DNA of 32,000 nucleotides, from the NCBI GenBank assembly GCA_019056805.1, contig DXJG01000007.1, positions 1-32,000 on the forward strand, given 5' to 3'. The position numbers were made by a program, and so were the translations under genes. The stretch comes from Candidatus Baldrarchaeota archaeon. GTDB taxonomy: Archaea; Asgardarchaeota; Baldrarchaeia; Baldrarchaeales; DXJG01. Below the pieces are notes generated by a model. The model saw only the letters and a program-made list of their open reading frames with translations, did no database searches and was not told the DNA's origin. Each line of letters opens with the position of its first letter. Position 1 is the stretch's first letter. Shown in pieces: positions 1-9,022 of this stretch.

Positions 1-854
1 TATTCTGGAGGAGTAACATCAAAAGCCGGATTACGTATACTTAAGTTTGGAAAGTCTTTTATAAATTCTTTTGGTGCTACTAAGGTTGGATCTCGTTCCT
101 CGATTTCTATTAGTTCTCCTAGCATTGTTTCTTGGCTGAACTTGTAGGTTCCAGCTGTTACGAAAACTCTAACTCTAGCTTCATGTGCAGCTAGTGCTAT
201 AAGAGATGATCCGATTTTGTTTATTACTGCTCCGTTTGCTGCTATTGCTTCTGCCCCTAAAATAACTTTATCGACGTCTTTCATGAAGAATCTAGCTGCT
301 GAATCTACTATTAGAGTTGTAGGTATATTTATTTCATTTAGTTTATTTGCCATTATTCTTCCTTGAAACTCTGGTCTTGTCTCTGTAACAATTACTTTGA
401 TGTTCCTGTCTTTTGCTGCTCTTTCTATTACTTTGAAAACTGTTGTGCTAAACCCGTGTGTAAATATTATGTCTCCATCTTCTATTCTACGTGAAGTTAT
501 CTCGGCTATTTTTTCAATGGATGTTTTGATACGTTCTCTAAATTGTAAAATCTCTTCGTACACTTTTTTCTTAGCTTCCTCAATTTCTACTCCTTCTTCT
601 TCAGCCTTTTTTATTCTATAGAGAGCAAAGCGTATTCCGTTCGCTAACAACATCGTTGTTGGACGAGCCTTAACTAATATCTTACCGGAATTTAGTACCT
701 CATCATAGAGTTCACTTAGAGATCTAACTTTTGAATTTATAATCGCATTGGCTAAAGCTTTTAGAGCTATTATGGTTACTCCGGTGGCTCCATGTATTTT
801 TCTCTTTTTTATTTCCTCTGCTGCCTCAAATATTTCAGGAAATATACTAACCAC
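1..854 (-). CDS. eIF-2B alpha/beta/delta family protein, ribose-1,5-bisphosphate isomerase-like (3' end runs off the window; absent from the ORF track)
   Basis: Manual translation from GTG at 854 (SD GGTGA at 861-865): MVSIFPEIFEAAEEIKKRKIHGATG...ARPTTMLLANG...EDGDIIFTHGFS...VTETRPEFQG...IVDSAARFFMKDVDKVILGAEAIAANGAVINKIGS...TYKF...ELIEIEERDP...RNPAFDVTPPE, which are the hallmark motifs of the IF-2B family. Confidence 0.92.
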   Translation of the reverse strand, partial: MVSIFPEIFEAAEEIKKRKIHGATGVTIIALKALANAIINSKVRSLSELYDEVLNSGKILVKARPTTMLLANGIRFALYRIKKAEEEGVEIEEAKKKVYEEILQFRERIKTSIEKIAEITSRRIEDGDIIFTHGFSTTVFKVIERAAKDRNIKVIVTETRPEFQGRIMANKLNEINIPTTLIVDSAARFFMKDVDKVILGAEAIAANGAVINKIGSSLIALAAHEARVRVFVTAGTYKFSQETMLGELIEIEERDPTLVAPKEFIKDFPNLSIRNPAFDVTPPE

Positions 855-1067
855 CTTTAATCACCACAGCTCTCACAATATCCGAAACCCTACGTAAAGT
901 ATCTAAGTGTTGTAAGCTAATGAACCTTTTAAATAATACTCCAAATTAACATACTTTACATATTTGTACTGTTAATTACCATTATTCTTCTCCTTTAACA
1001 TATGGATAATCTTCTTATGGATTAGAAATGTACTATATCTTGCAAAGATTTTATTGTCGGGGATCTT

Positions 1068-2237
1068 ATGGAGTTAAAAAATTTGAAGGTTGAACTTATT
1101 TGGTTTGATAGTATGGGTGCTAAGAGTAGTTGTATCTTTATTGAAACACCAGATGTTCGTATACTTGTAGATCCTGGTGCTTCTGGAATGCAACCAAGCT
1201 ATCCCCTTCCAGATCTTCTTAAACGCTACTATAATTTGAAAGCTCATAAGGAGATTGAGAAAGCAGGGCGAAAAGCAGACATAACGATAATTACTCATTA
1301 CCACTATGATCATCATACTCTGCCTTCAAGTAGAATGCTTGATGCGGATGCTCTCTACAGGAAAAAGAAGATTCTTGTGAAAAATCCTAATATGTATATA
1401 AATAGTTCGCAATGGGAACGGGCAAGATTCTTCTTTAACGAAATGCTTGAAAAATATGGAAAGAAGGAACTTGATAAGAGTCTTGCAGACCCGGGAAACA
1501 TGAGCTTCCCTGATCCAATGGAGGAACTTCCACTTGCCTCTAAAAAGGACTATGGAGACTATAATGCTCGTAAAAAAGAACTTATTGAAAAGGGTAGAAA
1601 GTGGTTTAGAAAGCTTTGTGATATGTGGATTTCGAATCCATGGGTTCCTGAAATTAAGCTTCAAGATGTGGAAGTAGAGTTTGCTGATGGAAAAACTTTC
1701 AAGTTTAATGACACAATTGTAAGATTTACGAATCCTTTGTTTCATGGAGTAGAGTTTGATAGAGTTGGCTGGGTAATAGCTTTCACTGTTGAATACGGTG
1801 GAGAGAAAGTTTTGTTTTCCTCTGATTTACAAGGTCCTGAGATAGAGGATTATGCTGCATGGATAATAGATGAAAACCCAGATTTCCTAATCCTTGATGG
1901 TCCGCCCACTTATCTTTTCGGATACATGTTGAATCGAATAAATTTGAATAGAGCTGTAGAAAATCTTTGTTGGATAATTTCAGAAACAAAAACTCCTACA
2001 ATAATTTATGATCATCATTTGTTAAGAGATGCAAAATATCGTGAAAGAGTAAGCAAAGTGTATGATGTAGCAAAAAGAGAAGATAAATATGTTTTAACAG
2101 CAGCTGAGTTTTTGGGCGAAGAACCCATGATAATTAAAGCTATTAAATGGAAAGAAAACGAAGAAGAACTCGAAGAATATATAAAAATGGCTCAAAAAGA
2201 AATGGAAAGTTTCATACGAAAAACTAAACAAAAATAA
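1068..2237 (+). CDS. Metallo-beta-lactamase-fold hydrolase (UPF0282-like)
   Basis: 389-aa ORF. N-terminal DSMGAKSSCIFIETPDVRILVDPG, THYHYDHH (HxHxDH) metal motif, FHG, SSD and YDHHLLRD motifs match the archaeal UPF0282 family as I recall it. Confidence 0.8.
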   Translation: MELKNLKVELIWFDSMGAKSSCIFIETPDVRILVDPGASGMQPSYPLPDLLKRYYNLKAHKEIEKAGRKADITIITHYHYDHHTLPSSRMLDADALYRKKKILVKNPNMYINSSQWERARFFFNEMLEKYGKKELDKSLADPGNMSFPDPMEELPLASKKDYGDYNARKKELIEKGRKWFRKLCDMWISNPWVPEIKLQDVEVEFADGKTFKFNDTIVRFTNPLFHGVEFDRVGWVIAFTVEYGGEKVLFSSDLQGPEIEDYAAWIIDENPDFLILDGPPTYLFGYMLNRINLNRAVENLCWIISETKTPTIIYDHHLLRDAKYRERVSKVYDVAKREDKYVLTAAEFLGEEPMIIKAIKWKENEEELEEYIKMAQKEMESFIRKTKQK

Positions 2238-2240
2238 AAA
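2219..2240 (-). terminator. Putative oligo-T terminator of the giant surface-protein gene
   Basis: Minus strand reads TTTTATTTTTGTTTAGTTTTT just after the stop at 2249 and overlaps the 3' end of the convergent MBL gene. T-rich tracts act as archaeal terminators. Confidence 0.35.
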
Positions 2241-2248
2241 GGGTTGGG

Positions 2249-5200
2249 TTATTGTTTTGAGGGTTTAACTAGACTTTTTTCCATTGCTGCTCGCTTTCTT
2301 TTGCGCATAATTACTATAGCTACACCGATTATTGCCACAGCAATTATTACGAGGTACATTAATGGTATTTCTCTTGGTGGTGGTGCTTCTTCTCCTGGTT
2401 TACCTATTGTTGGTATCCAGCCAGCCAAGAATTCTGCTAATGAGCTTACTATTGTTTTCTTTTGTTTGCCGGAGTATACTACTACTTCAGGGTCTTCGTA
2501 GACGAAGTATCCGTCCCATTTCGGAAATCCTACGCTTAGGAAGTACATGGTACTTTGGAATGTCCATCCGCCAACGCTTGTTTCAGATTCGTAGTCTGTG
2601 TACGTTGCAACGAAGGTGCTTAGCGGAATTGTGTGAGTTGAAACGTTGCAAACCATGCTTAGGTTTCCGCCCCAGATGTATGTGTCACCCATGTTTACCT
2701 CTGCAAACTTTAATCCACTAGTGTCTAGTGAAATTCTTGATGCTTCTACAATTTCATCTGGGGTTATTGGTGTTCCATCTTCACTTACTACTTCCCAGCT
2801 TCCACTTGTTTCTGCGTAGATGTAATAGTTGAGTGATAAGCTTAGGTTTTCTAAAACGGCTATGCCCGTTGGTAGGTCTAGATCCCAGTTTCCTATATGT
2901 TGGTCTATCTTTATGCGAGCCTCTGTACTATTTGTTGCTGTTGAGTTTTCTACGTAGAAGTGTAGTTTGAAGGATAGTTCTTCAAGTGAAGCGTCTACCG
3001 GGCGTTCTTGGAATGTGCGGAGATCTGTGCCATAAATTTCTTCACCATACCATGCGTAGTAGCTTCTTCCAAACGGGAACATTGTACCATTAATGTCAAG
3101 ATATGAAACACCGAATTCTACGCTTTCGTTTATTGGAAGTGTTAACATTCCGGTTTCATTGTAGATGCCAAAGGCTTCTCCGGGAGTAACGAATATTACA
3201 TTGCCTACAGCTTCAGGTATGAAGTAATGAGTAGCCTCGTCTTCATCCATGATCAGATTGTCATTTGTATCGTTGTAGATAAATATACCTGCGTATTCGT
3301 ATCTAAGATCTACATGGTAGGATTGGAAGGTTTCATTTTCTCCTGTTGAAACCCAGTATGATTGTTGGAAGCCGAACCAGAGCCATGTCCAAGTGACTTC
3401 TTCTTTAACCCAGTCCCAACCTTCTTCTTCAGCCTTTTTGAGGTAGTCTTCCCATGTCATGTTTCTTGCCATTCTTGCAATGTCCCAGTATCCTGATTTA
3501 GGAGCATTTCTCTCGGTGTCCCAGAGAGTTTCATTTATTATGGCCATCGTCTCTGGTGAAACTGGTGTCATGTTTGTGTAGAACCAGTAGTATGTTTCAT
3601 TCCATCTGTTCCAATAGGTATTGGTGGATGTTCCCATCCAAGCATTTACAATTAATTCATCGCCGGGTATTACTGGGTTTGGATCGTACACTATATTAAC
3701 GTCAAGGCCATTTACTGTTTCATTCCAGCCGAATTCTCCAACATATACCCTCTTAACATAGAATTGATCATCTGTTGTACTTAGATCTCCATCTAAGTCT
3801 AGTGCACCAGTTGTAGGATCTATTGTCCACTTTCTGTAACCCCAAAGACCCCATTCAGGGGATCCAACAATTACATCCCAAACTTCGTACCTGTAGGAAA
3901 CATCGCCCCACCGAAGTTCTTCAAGATGCCAAGTCACGGGGTAACCCCAAGAGAGACGAGCTACCTTGATATGCTCAACATATAGATTTGTTGTGTAATT
4001 TACACCATTTACCGTTATATTGTATATTGGGAATTCATATTCGTAAGAGTAGAGGTCATTATAGTATCTTGGCGGTATAGTGTACCACCATTCTGGGTGC
4101 AGAAGCCAGTTGATCGGTATTAGATCGTACCATGCACCTGACACTGTGTAAATACGGTAGTAGTCATACATTAGATTTATTGATCTATACTCGTTTATCC
4201 ATACTGTTGTATTGTAGGTTTCACCGTTCCATGTGAAGGTTTCTGGTCCAGGATATTCATATCCGCCTAGTTCTACGGTCACTATTCCTATAAACTCGTA
4301 GTCTTCTAAGCTTTCCAGATCTATTCTGGAACCGTTAAGCAGATACAAAACATAAGTATTGTTTTCCCAGTCATATTCTGGTTCAGGGATAACTGTGTAA
4401 TATATGGTACCACTTACGTTTACTTCAAAAAAGACAACCCTTAGATGACGGGATACATCTAGGAGTGTTCCATTAAACAGAGTAACATTACCAGATTCAG
4501 TGGTGGAATCGTAGGTGAAATAGTCAACATATAATTTTATTAGGCTTTCTCTATCGTATGATCCCTGGTTTGTCAGATTTCCTATGAATATTGCAAATCC
4601 TATTTCTTCGATATCCCAACAATCTATTCCAGATACCTTCGTGTATAAGCCTTGTCCCTTTGTAATGCTATAGGTCACACCATCTACGATAATGTATCCT
4701 GTCGTAGCACCCTCATAATCGTAATGAATAAGGTACAAGGAACCATTTACTAAGGCGTAATCGTCTTCAGGAACTGCTCCACCCTCGCTCTTTGGCTGCT
4801 GTAGGCACCACCATGAAAGCCATTCGTACTCGTCACTTACACCTTCATATGGAAGCTCTACTCTTTCTTCTCCCACTAAGGTGTAATACCAAGATCTTTT
4901 GAACCATTCGGGTACAATTATGGACTTTCCATTGTATTCCCCGACATAATATGCTGATGGATATTCGATGTAGTATCTTTTACCATTTCTTTCAAAGTAA
5001 TACATGTACATATAGTCGTAGTCATACCTTACGTAAATCTTTGTTCCGTTTTCAAGTAGAATATAGTATTCCTGTGCTATGTAGTCCCAGTCTATCCACC
5101 CCTTTGTAAGGTTAACCCATGTGGTTCCATTGATAACGGTAAAGTAACCACCAAACTCGACTGGTACTCTGCCGATCTTCTCAACGTTTAAACAATAATT

Positions 5201-8200
5201 GTAGTCTGCTAACCATATAATTTCTCCATCTAGAGTAATTATGAAGTAGGCTTCTTCAAAAATACTCCACCATGGCGAACTCATATACGTTGTAATGTTG
5301 TAAGTCTCGCCAGTAGTTTCGTCGTAGATTGTTGCATTATATATGAATGCATGGTATGCTTCATATACGTAAATCTTTGTTCCGTTTTCTAATATGTAGT
5401 AGCGTTTGTATTCGTAGGTTGTTGGATCCCATTCTTCACGTAGCAATCTGTATTCGTATTCGTATCCGTTCCAGAACTTTATTTCTTTTAACGGTAGTTT
5501 TTCGCCGTTTATTAATATGTAGGGCTTACTTAAGATGAGATATTTCTTGCCATTTGATGTTTCTGCATAGTATCTTGTCTCTGGGTTGGGTATGTATACT
5601 TCAACGCTTCCATTATTAATGGTATAGACTTTGCTGTATGCCCAGTCTTCTAAAATATGTTCTCCCCATGGTTCAGTATAATCTGGACCATATGTCCAGT
5701 TAAGCAAGTTAACACTAAAACTGTATCTTTGGTCATTGGCGTATTCGGTGAAACTCATATTCACTTGAATGAGATACTTTCCATCTTCTGTGGCGAAAGC
5801 ACTATAATTGTTTACAATAATATAGGTTTCGTTTACGACTGTGTCTTTGTGATGCCAGTCTAGCCACATATTTATCCATTCACCAGAAGTCTGGTTGAAA
5901 GAGTAGTGTTCCCAATGCCATCCTTCAACTTCTTCCATCGTACCTGTGGTCTCATTCCATATTTCGTACGTACCATACTCGTAGACCTCTTTGTTAGTTT
6001 GATTGTAAACTATTATTTCTGTGGTGTTTTCTCTTAGATTTATTGTTGCAATTATTTCCAAGTTGCTCCATATAGTTTCATTTTCGCTCCAATAGTAATT
6101 CCAACAGTTGAATCTAACTCTTATTCCATCGACATCGGTTACAAGCTGACTGCCACCTTCCATTTCTACTTCAACTATAAACCATTGGCCAGGATTAGTC
6201 GCAAAATACCAAGTTCCAGAAGTTGCTCCTTCTTGATCTCTAATTCTAACATTAATTACTGGTTTCTCTACGGAAAGTTGATGTGCATTTTCATATATCC
6301 ACTCCCAGTCTCTTGGCCATATCCTCCACTGACTACTATATACGTAGTAGTCTATCCATAGGTTTGGCCCAGGATTTCCTATGAACTTCCCTTCAAATTC
6401 TAATATGATTTTATTATCTTCAACGGTTTTTGTGCCGCTTATTAGCTCGTAGAGCCGTAATTCAGAGGGTACCTCCTCGATTTTCCAACCTTCCACATAG
6501 TCAATGTATTGTCCCCATTCATCCTCTTTTAGTGTTTCATTCCAGTATTGGTAGAGCAGATAATAGTTAAAAGTACCGTCTGTATTATTGTAGAAGAGAA
6601 GCAAATTGGGTGAAGCCCAGTCTGTTGTTTCTACCTCATAATATTCTCCTGTTGTTTCGTCCCAGTAAACTCTTGTTACATTTATTTCTTTAGCAATAGT
6701 TACCCATTGCTCCATTAGATATGGTCCAAACACCCACTCCCTTGTTATTATTGTGGCATTTGGATCCCAAACATATGTGTCTAGGGTTTCATTGTATACC
6801 CAGCCTCCATGATATACCCTGTATTCTTCATGCCACCCCGTCACATTAACATAGGTCCTCAAGCTATATGGAAGACGAATTACTATGCTGGCGTTTCTAA
6901 AATCAGCATCAGATATCCCGGTTATGTTTAGTCTTATGATAAATGTTTGGTTGATTCCAACACTACGGATTAATTCATAGTCTGTGTTTAATATTTCTGC
7001 TAGGTACGTACCACCATACATCATGTCAAAGTATACTGCTACTTCGTCCCATGGACCGCCTATGGCGACCTCTTTGTATAAGCTTAGTTCACTGTCCCAA
7101 TAATAGTACGAGGATGTACTAATGTAATTGCTTTCATTGTCAAAGATGTTTAGATAGACATTGTATATTCCTTTTGGAGTTAGGTCGTTAAACTGGCCTG
7201 TTATTACGAAGTTATATTGATCTGGGGTTTCAATTAGGGTTGTTTGACTTTGATTCAATGTAAAGAACTCACCCGTAGTACTGCCGTATGGGTCTGAATA
7301 GTTATAAATAGAGGTCCATGTAGACCAATCATTCGATGAGTAATCGTAGTAAATTGATAGATAGGCGGATATATTTACGGCCCACATATTCCAAGATAGA
7401 TCTATTGTTCCAAGTTCGGTGCCTTCTTCAAATAGGAGTTTGGGAATTGTTATGTTTATCATTACAGGTGCGTTTAATTCAATCCATGTGTCTGGTGTAA
7501 CCAAATACCAGGTTTCGGTTGTTGTGTTGTAGCAGAATATGTCGTAATGTGCTTTGGGGCCAAACTCCCAGCTTATGTCTCGGTATGTCCAGTTCCATCC
7601 CCATGTTTCGTTGTATAGTCTCCACCATACTCTTATCTCGGGTGGTAAATTCATTACTGATGGGTCGACATAAATTGCGTCTTCAGTTTCATAGTATAGT
7701 AGCTCACTGAAGAACGGTATGATATGCAAGGTATACGTTGTATCAGCTAGCCAATTTCCTATGATTATTTTGAATCCTACAAAGTTTAAGCTGGCATTTC
7801 TTGCTCTTTCTATAGCGTCTCTTGCGTCAAAAGGCACTGAGCATTCTGGGGTCCCAAAGTCATATGACTGATAGGGTTCAACAGGGTTAAGTTCATCATT
7901 ATAAAAGTCTATAAGTACTGATTCGATTGTCGCTCCGTTGTCTATGGAGGCATTAAATCCAGTTAAAAATTCAATTGCTCTTAGTTCTGCTATTATTAAG
8001 ATTTCTACAGTACCGCTATCCGCGCTTGTGTTGGAGAATGTTATAAATAGTTCTCCTTCGATGAAAGAAGCATTAAAGAAGGCTAAAACTCCTAATTCCT
8101 CATTGTAGAATATATATACATTTGGCTCTCCTTCTTCTCCTTCTTCTGGTGGTGGATATTCTGCTCCGCCTGCTTCTACTCTAAAGTGGTGCTCTGTGTT

Positions 8201-8701
8201 TTCAGTCCAGTCTCTTATGGTTACCGTAAACTTAACACAAGTTGCTCCAATGTCAGTTGCTCTTACAGCTATTTCTTCACCGTTTATACTTATGGTTGTT
8301 CGATCTGTGCCTATGTTGGTGACTGCATAAGTATCTAAAACGTTAAATGCATCATCACAAAGATGTATACTTAATGAATCAATTATGGCGCCGCCGTCGA
8401 TGCTTAGTGACAGTTCTTGTAGTCCCCTTACACCGTCAAGTGTGACGTAAATTAATAAATCTACAGTTTCACTGTCTTTTGAACTATTTTGAAAAGTGAT
8501 TTCAAGCCCGTTTTCAATTAATGTATAATTGAAATAGTCTAGTGGTTTTCCTTCAGCATAATAGTCTACCATTATTACGGGGCTTTCTCCTTCCTGTTTT
8601 GGTATCATTGCCGAACTTAAGTTAATACTCGAAAGAACTATTAGTACACAAAGTATCACTGAAAAAAGAGGCTTAAAACCTATTTTATTTACCATTTTCA
8701 T
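2249..8701 (-). CDS. Giant secreted, C-terminally membrane-anchored glycoprotein (S-layer/cell-envelope or adhesin-like), 2150 aa
   Basis: N-terminal signal peptide (KIGFKPLFSVILCVLIVLSSINLSSA), SD GGAGG upstream, C-terminal TM (LMYLVIIAVAIIGVAIVIM) followed by RKRKR, about 60 N-x-S/T sequons by manual count, Y/W/E/T-rich beta-type composition, DLDGD Ca-binding-like motif. Confidence 0.85.
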   Translation of the reverse strand: MKMVNKIGFKPLFSVILCVLIVLSSINLSSAMIPKQEGESPVIMVDYYAEGKPLDYFNYTLIENGLEITFQNSSKDSETVDLLIYVTLDGVRGLQELSLSIDGGAIIDSLSIHLCDDAFNVLDTYAVTNIGTDRTTISINGEEIAVRATDIGATCVKFTVTIRDWTENTEHHFRVEAGGAEYPPPEEGEEGEPNVYIFYNEELGVLAFFNASFIEGELFITFSNTSADSGTVEILIIAELRAIEFLTGFNASIDNGATIESVLIDFYNDELNPVEPYQSYDFGTPECSVPFDARDAIERARNASLNFVGFKIIIGNWLADTTYTLHIIPFFSELLYYETEDAIYVDPSVMNLPPEIRVWWRLYNETWGWNWTYRDISWEFGPKAHYDIFCYNTTTETWYLVTPDTWIELNAPVMINITIPKLLFEEGTELGTIDLSWNMWAVNISAYLSIYYDYSSNDWSTWTSIYNYSDPYGSTTGEFFTLNQSQTTLIETPDQYNFVITGQFNDLTPKGIYNVYLNIFDNESNYISTSSYYYWDSELSLYKEVAIGGPWDEVAVYFDMMYGGTYLAEILNTDYELIRSVGINQTFIIRLNITGISDADFRNASIVIRLPYSLRTYVNVTGWHEEYRVYHGGWVYNETLDTYVWDPNATIITREWVFGPYLMEQWVTIAKEINVTRVYWDETTGEYYEVETTDWASPNLLLFYNNTDGTFNYYLLYQYWNETLKEDEWGQYIDYVEGWKIEEVPSELRLYELISGTKTVEDNKIILEFEGKFIGNPGPNLWIDYYVYSSQWRIWPRDWEWIYENAHQLSVEKPVINVRIRDQEGATSGTWYFATNPGQWFIVEVEMEGGSQLVTDVDGIRVRFNCWNYYWSENETIWSNLEIIATINLRENTTEIIVYNQTNKEVYEYGTYEIWNETTGTMEEVEGWHWEHYSFNQTSGEWINMWLDWHHKDTVVNETYIIVNNYSAFATEDGKYLIQVNMSFTEYANDQRYSFSVNLLNWTYGPDYTEPWGEHILEDWAYSKVYTINNGSVEVYIPNPETRYYAETSNGKKYLILSKPYILINGEKLPLKEIKFWNGYEYEYRLLREEWDPTTYEYKRYYILENGTKIYVYEAYHAFIYNATIYDETTGETYNITTYMSSPWWSIFEEAYFIITLDGEIIWLADYNYCLNVEKIGRVPVEFGGYFTVINGTTWVNLTKGWIDWDYIAQEYYILLENGTKIYVRYDYDYMYMYYFERNGKRYYIEYPSAYYVGEYNGKSIIVPEWFKRSWYYTLVGEERVELPYEGVSDEYEWLSWWCLQQPKSEGGAVPEDDYALVNGSLYLIHYDYEGATTGYIIVDGVTYSITKGQGLYTKVSGIDCWDIEEIGFAIFIGNLTNQGSYDRESLIKLYVDYFTYDSTTESGNVTLFNGTLLDVSRHLRVVFFEVNVSGTIYYTVIPEPEYDWENNTYVLYLLNGSRIDLESLEDYEFIGIVTVELGGYEYPGPETFTWNGETYNTTVWINEYRSINLMYDYYRIYTVSGAWYDLIPINWLLHPEWWYTIPPRYYNDLYSYEYEFPIYNITVNGVNYTTNLYVEHIKVARLSWGYPVTWHLEELRWGDVSYRYEVWDVIVGSPEWGLWGYRKWTIDPTTGALDLDGDLSTTDDQFYVKRVYVGEFGWNETVNGLDVNIVYDPNPVIPGDELIVNAWMGTSTNTYWNRWNETYYWFYTNMTPVSPETMAIINETLWDTERNAPKSGYWDIARMARNMTWEDYLKKAEEEGWDWVKEEVTWTWLWFGFQQSYWVSTGENETFQSYHVDLRYEYAGIFIYNDTNDNLIMDEDEATHYFIPEAVGNVIFVTPGEAFGIYNETGMLTLPINESVEFGVSYLDINGTMFPFGRSYYAWYGEEIYGTDLRTFQERPVDASLEELSFKLHFYVENSTATNSTEARIKIDQHIGNWDLDLPTGIAVLENLSLSLNYYIYAETSGSWEVVSEDGTPITPDEIVEASRISLDTSGLKFAEVNMGDTYIWGGNLSMVCNVSTHTIPLSTFVATYTDYESETSVGGWTFQSTMYFLSVGFPKWDGYFVYEDPEVVVYSGKQKKTIVSSLAEFLAGWIPTIGKPGEEAPPPREIPLMYLVIIAVAIIGVAIVIMRKRKRAAMEKSLVKPSKQ
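5030..5389. repeat. Two identical 24-nt copies inside the giant gene (5030-5053 and 5366-5389)
   Basis: TACGTAAATCTTTGTTCCGTTTTC occurs twice and encodes ENGTKIYV on the minus strand. Confidence 0.9.
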
Positions 8702-8797
8702 TACTTTTCCTCCAAAGTCATAACATTTATTATTACCTATTGTTGTATTATCTACTACTATAATTTAATTCTGGTAATGAAAATGTACTAGTTTGTA

Positions 8798-8805
8798 TAT
8801 ATAAA
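8798..8805 (-). promoter_or_regulatory. TATA box of the giant surface-protein gene
   Basis: Minus strand AAAAATTT-TTTATATA about 100 nt upstream of ATG 8701 fits the archaeal TATA consensus. Confidence 0.5.
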
Positions 8806-8934
8806 AATTTTTGCAACGCGATGTTTTAGTAACATGTTATAACAAAAAGTTATCCTAGTAGTCAATGTAAGTCCGAAAACCACTCAAGAAATTAATAAAT
8901 AATAATTCACAATTTACTGTTCATAAATCGAAAC

Positions 8935-8943
8935 CTTATTATA
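8935..8943 (+). promoter_or_regulatory. BRE/TATA of the membrane-longin gene
   Basis: CGAAAC-CTTATTATA about 80 nt upstream of ATG 9023. Confidence 0.45.
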
Positions 8944-8983
8944 ATATGTATTACCACAAGTCTATATCTTAGTGAAAAATAAG

Positions 8984-9013
8984 TCAATTCACTTGAAATC
9001 CCGAGTGAATTGA
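8984..9013. promoter_or_regulatory. Perfect 10-bp inverted repeat (operator or 5'-UTR hairpin) abutting the SD of the 9023 gene
   Basis: TCAATTCACT (8984-8993), 10-nt spacer, AGTGAATTGA (9004-9013). SD GAGGGA begins at 9012. Confidence 0.55.
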
Positions 9014-9022
9014 GGGATAAAA

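Noticed and set aside
397-1989. ORF-track entries 397-621(+), 1074-1316(-), 1326-1745(-), 1783-1989(-)
   Set aside because: Antisense shadows of the eIF2B-like and MBL genes, with no motifs and atypical composition.
2244-7710. ORFs 2244-2501, 2332-2721, 5347-5538, 5657-5863, 7519-7710 (+)
   Set aside because: Antisense to the 2150-aa gene. Hydrophobic or Pro stretches simply mirror its TM and linker codons.
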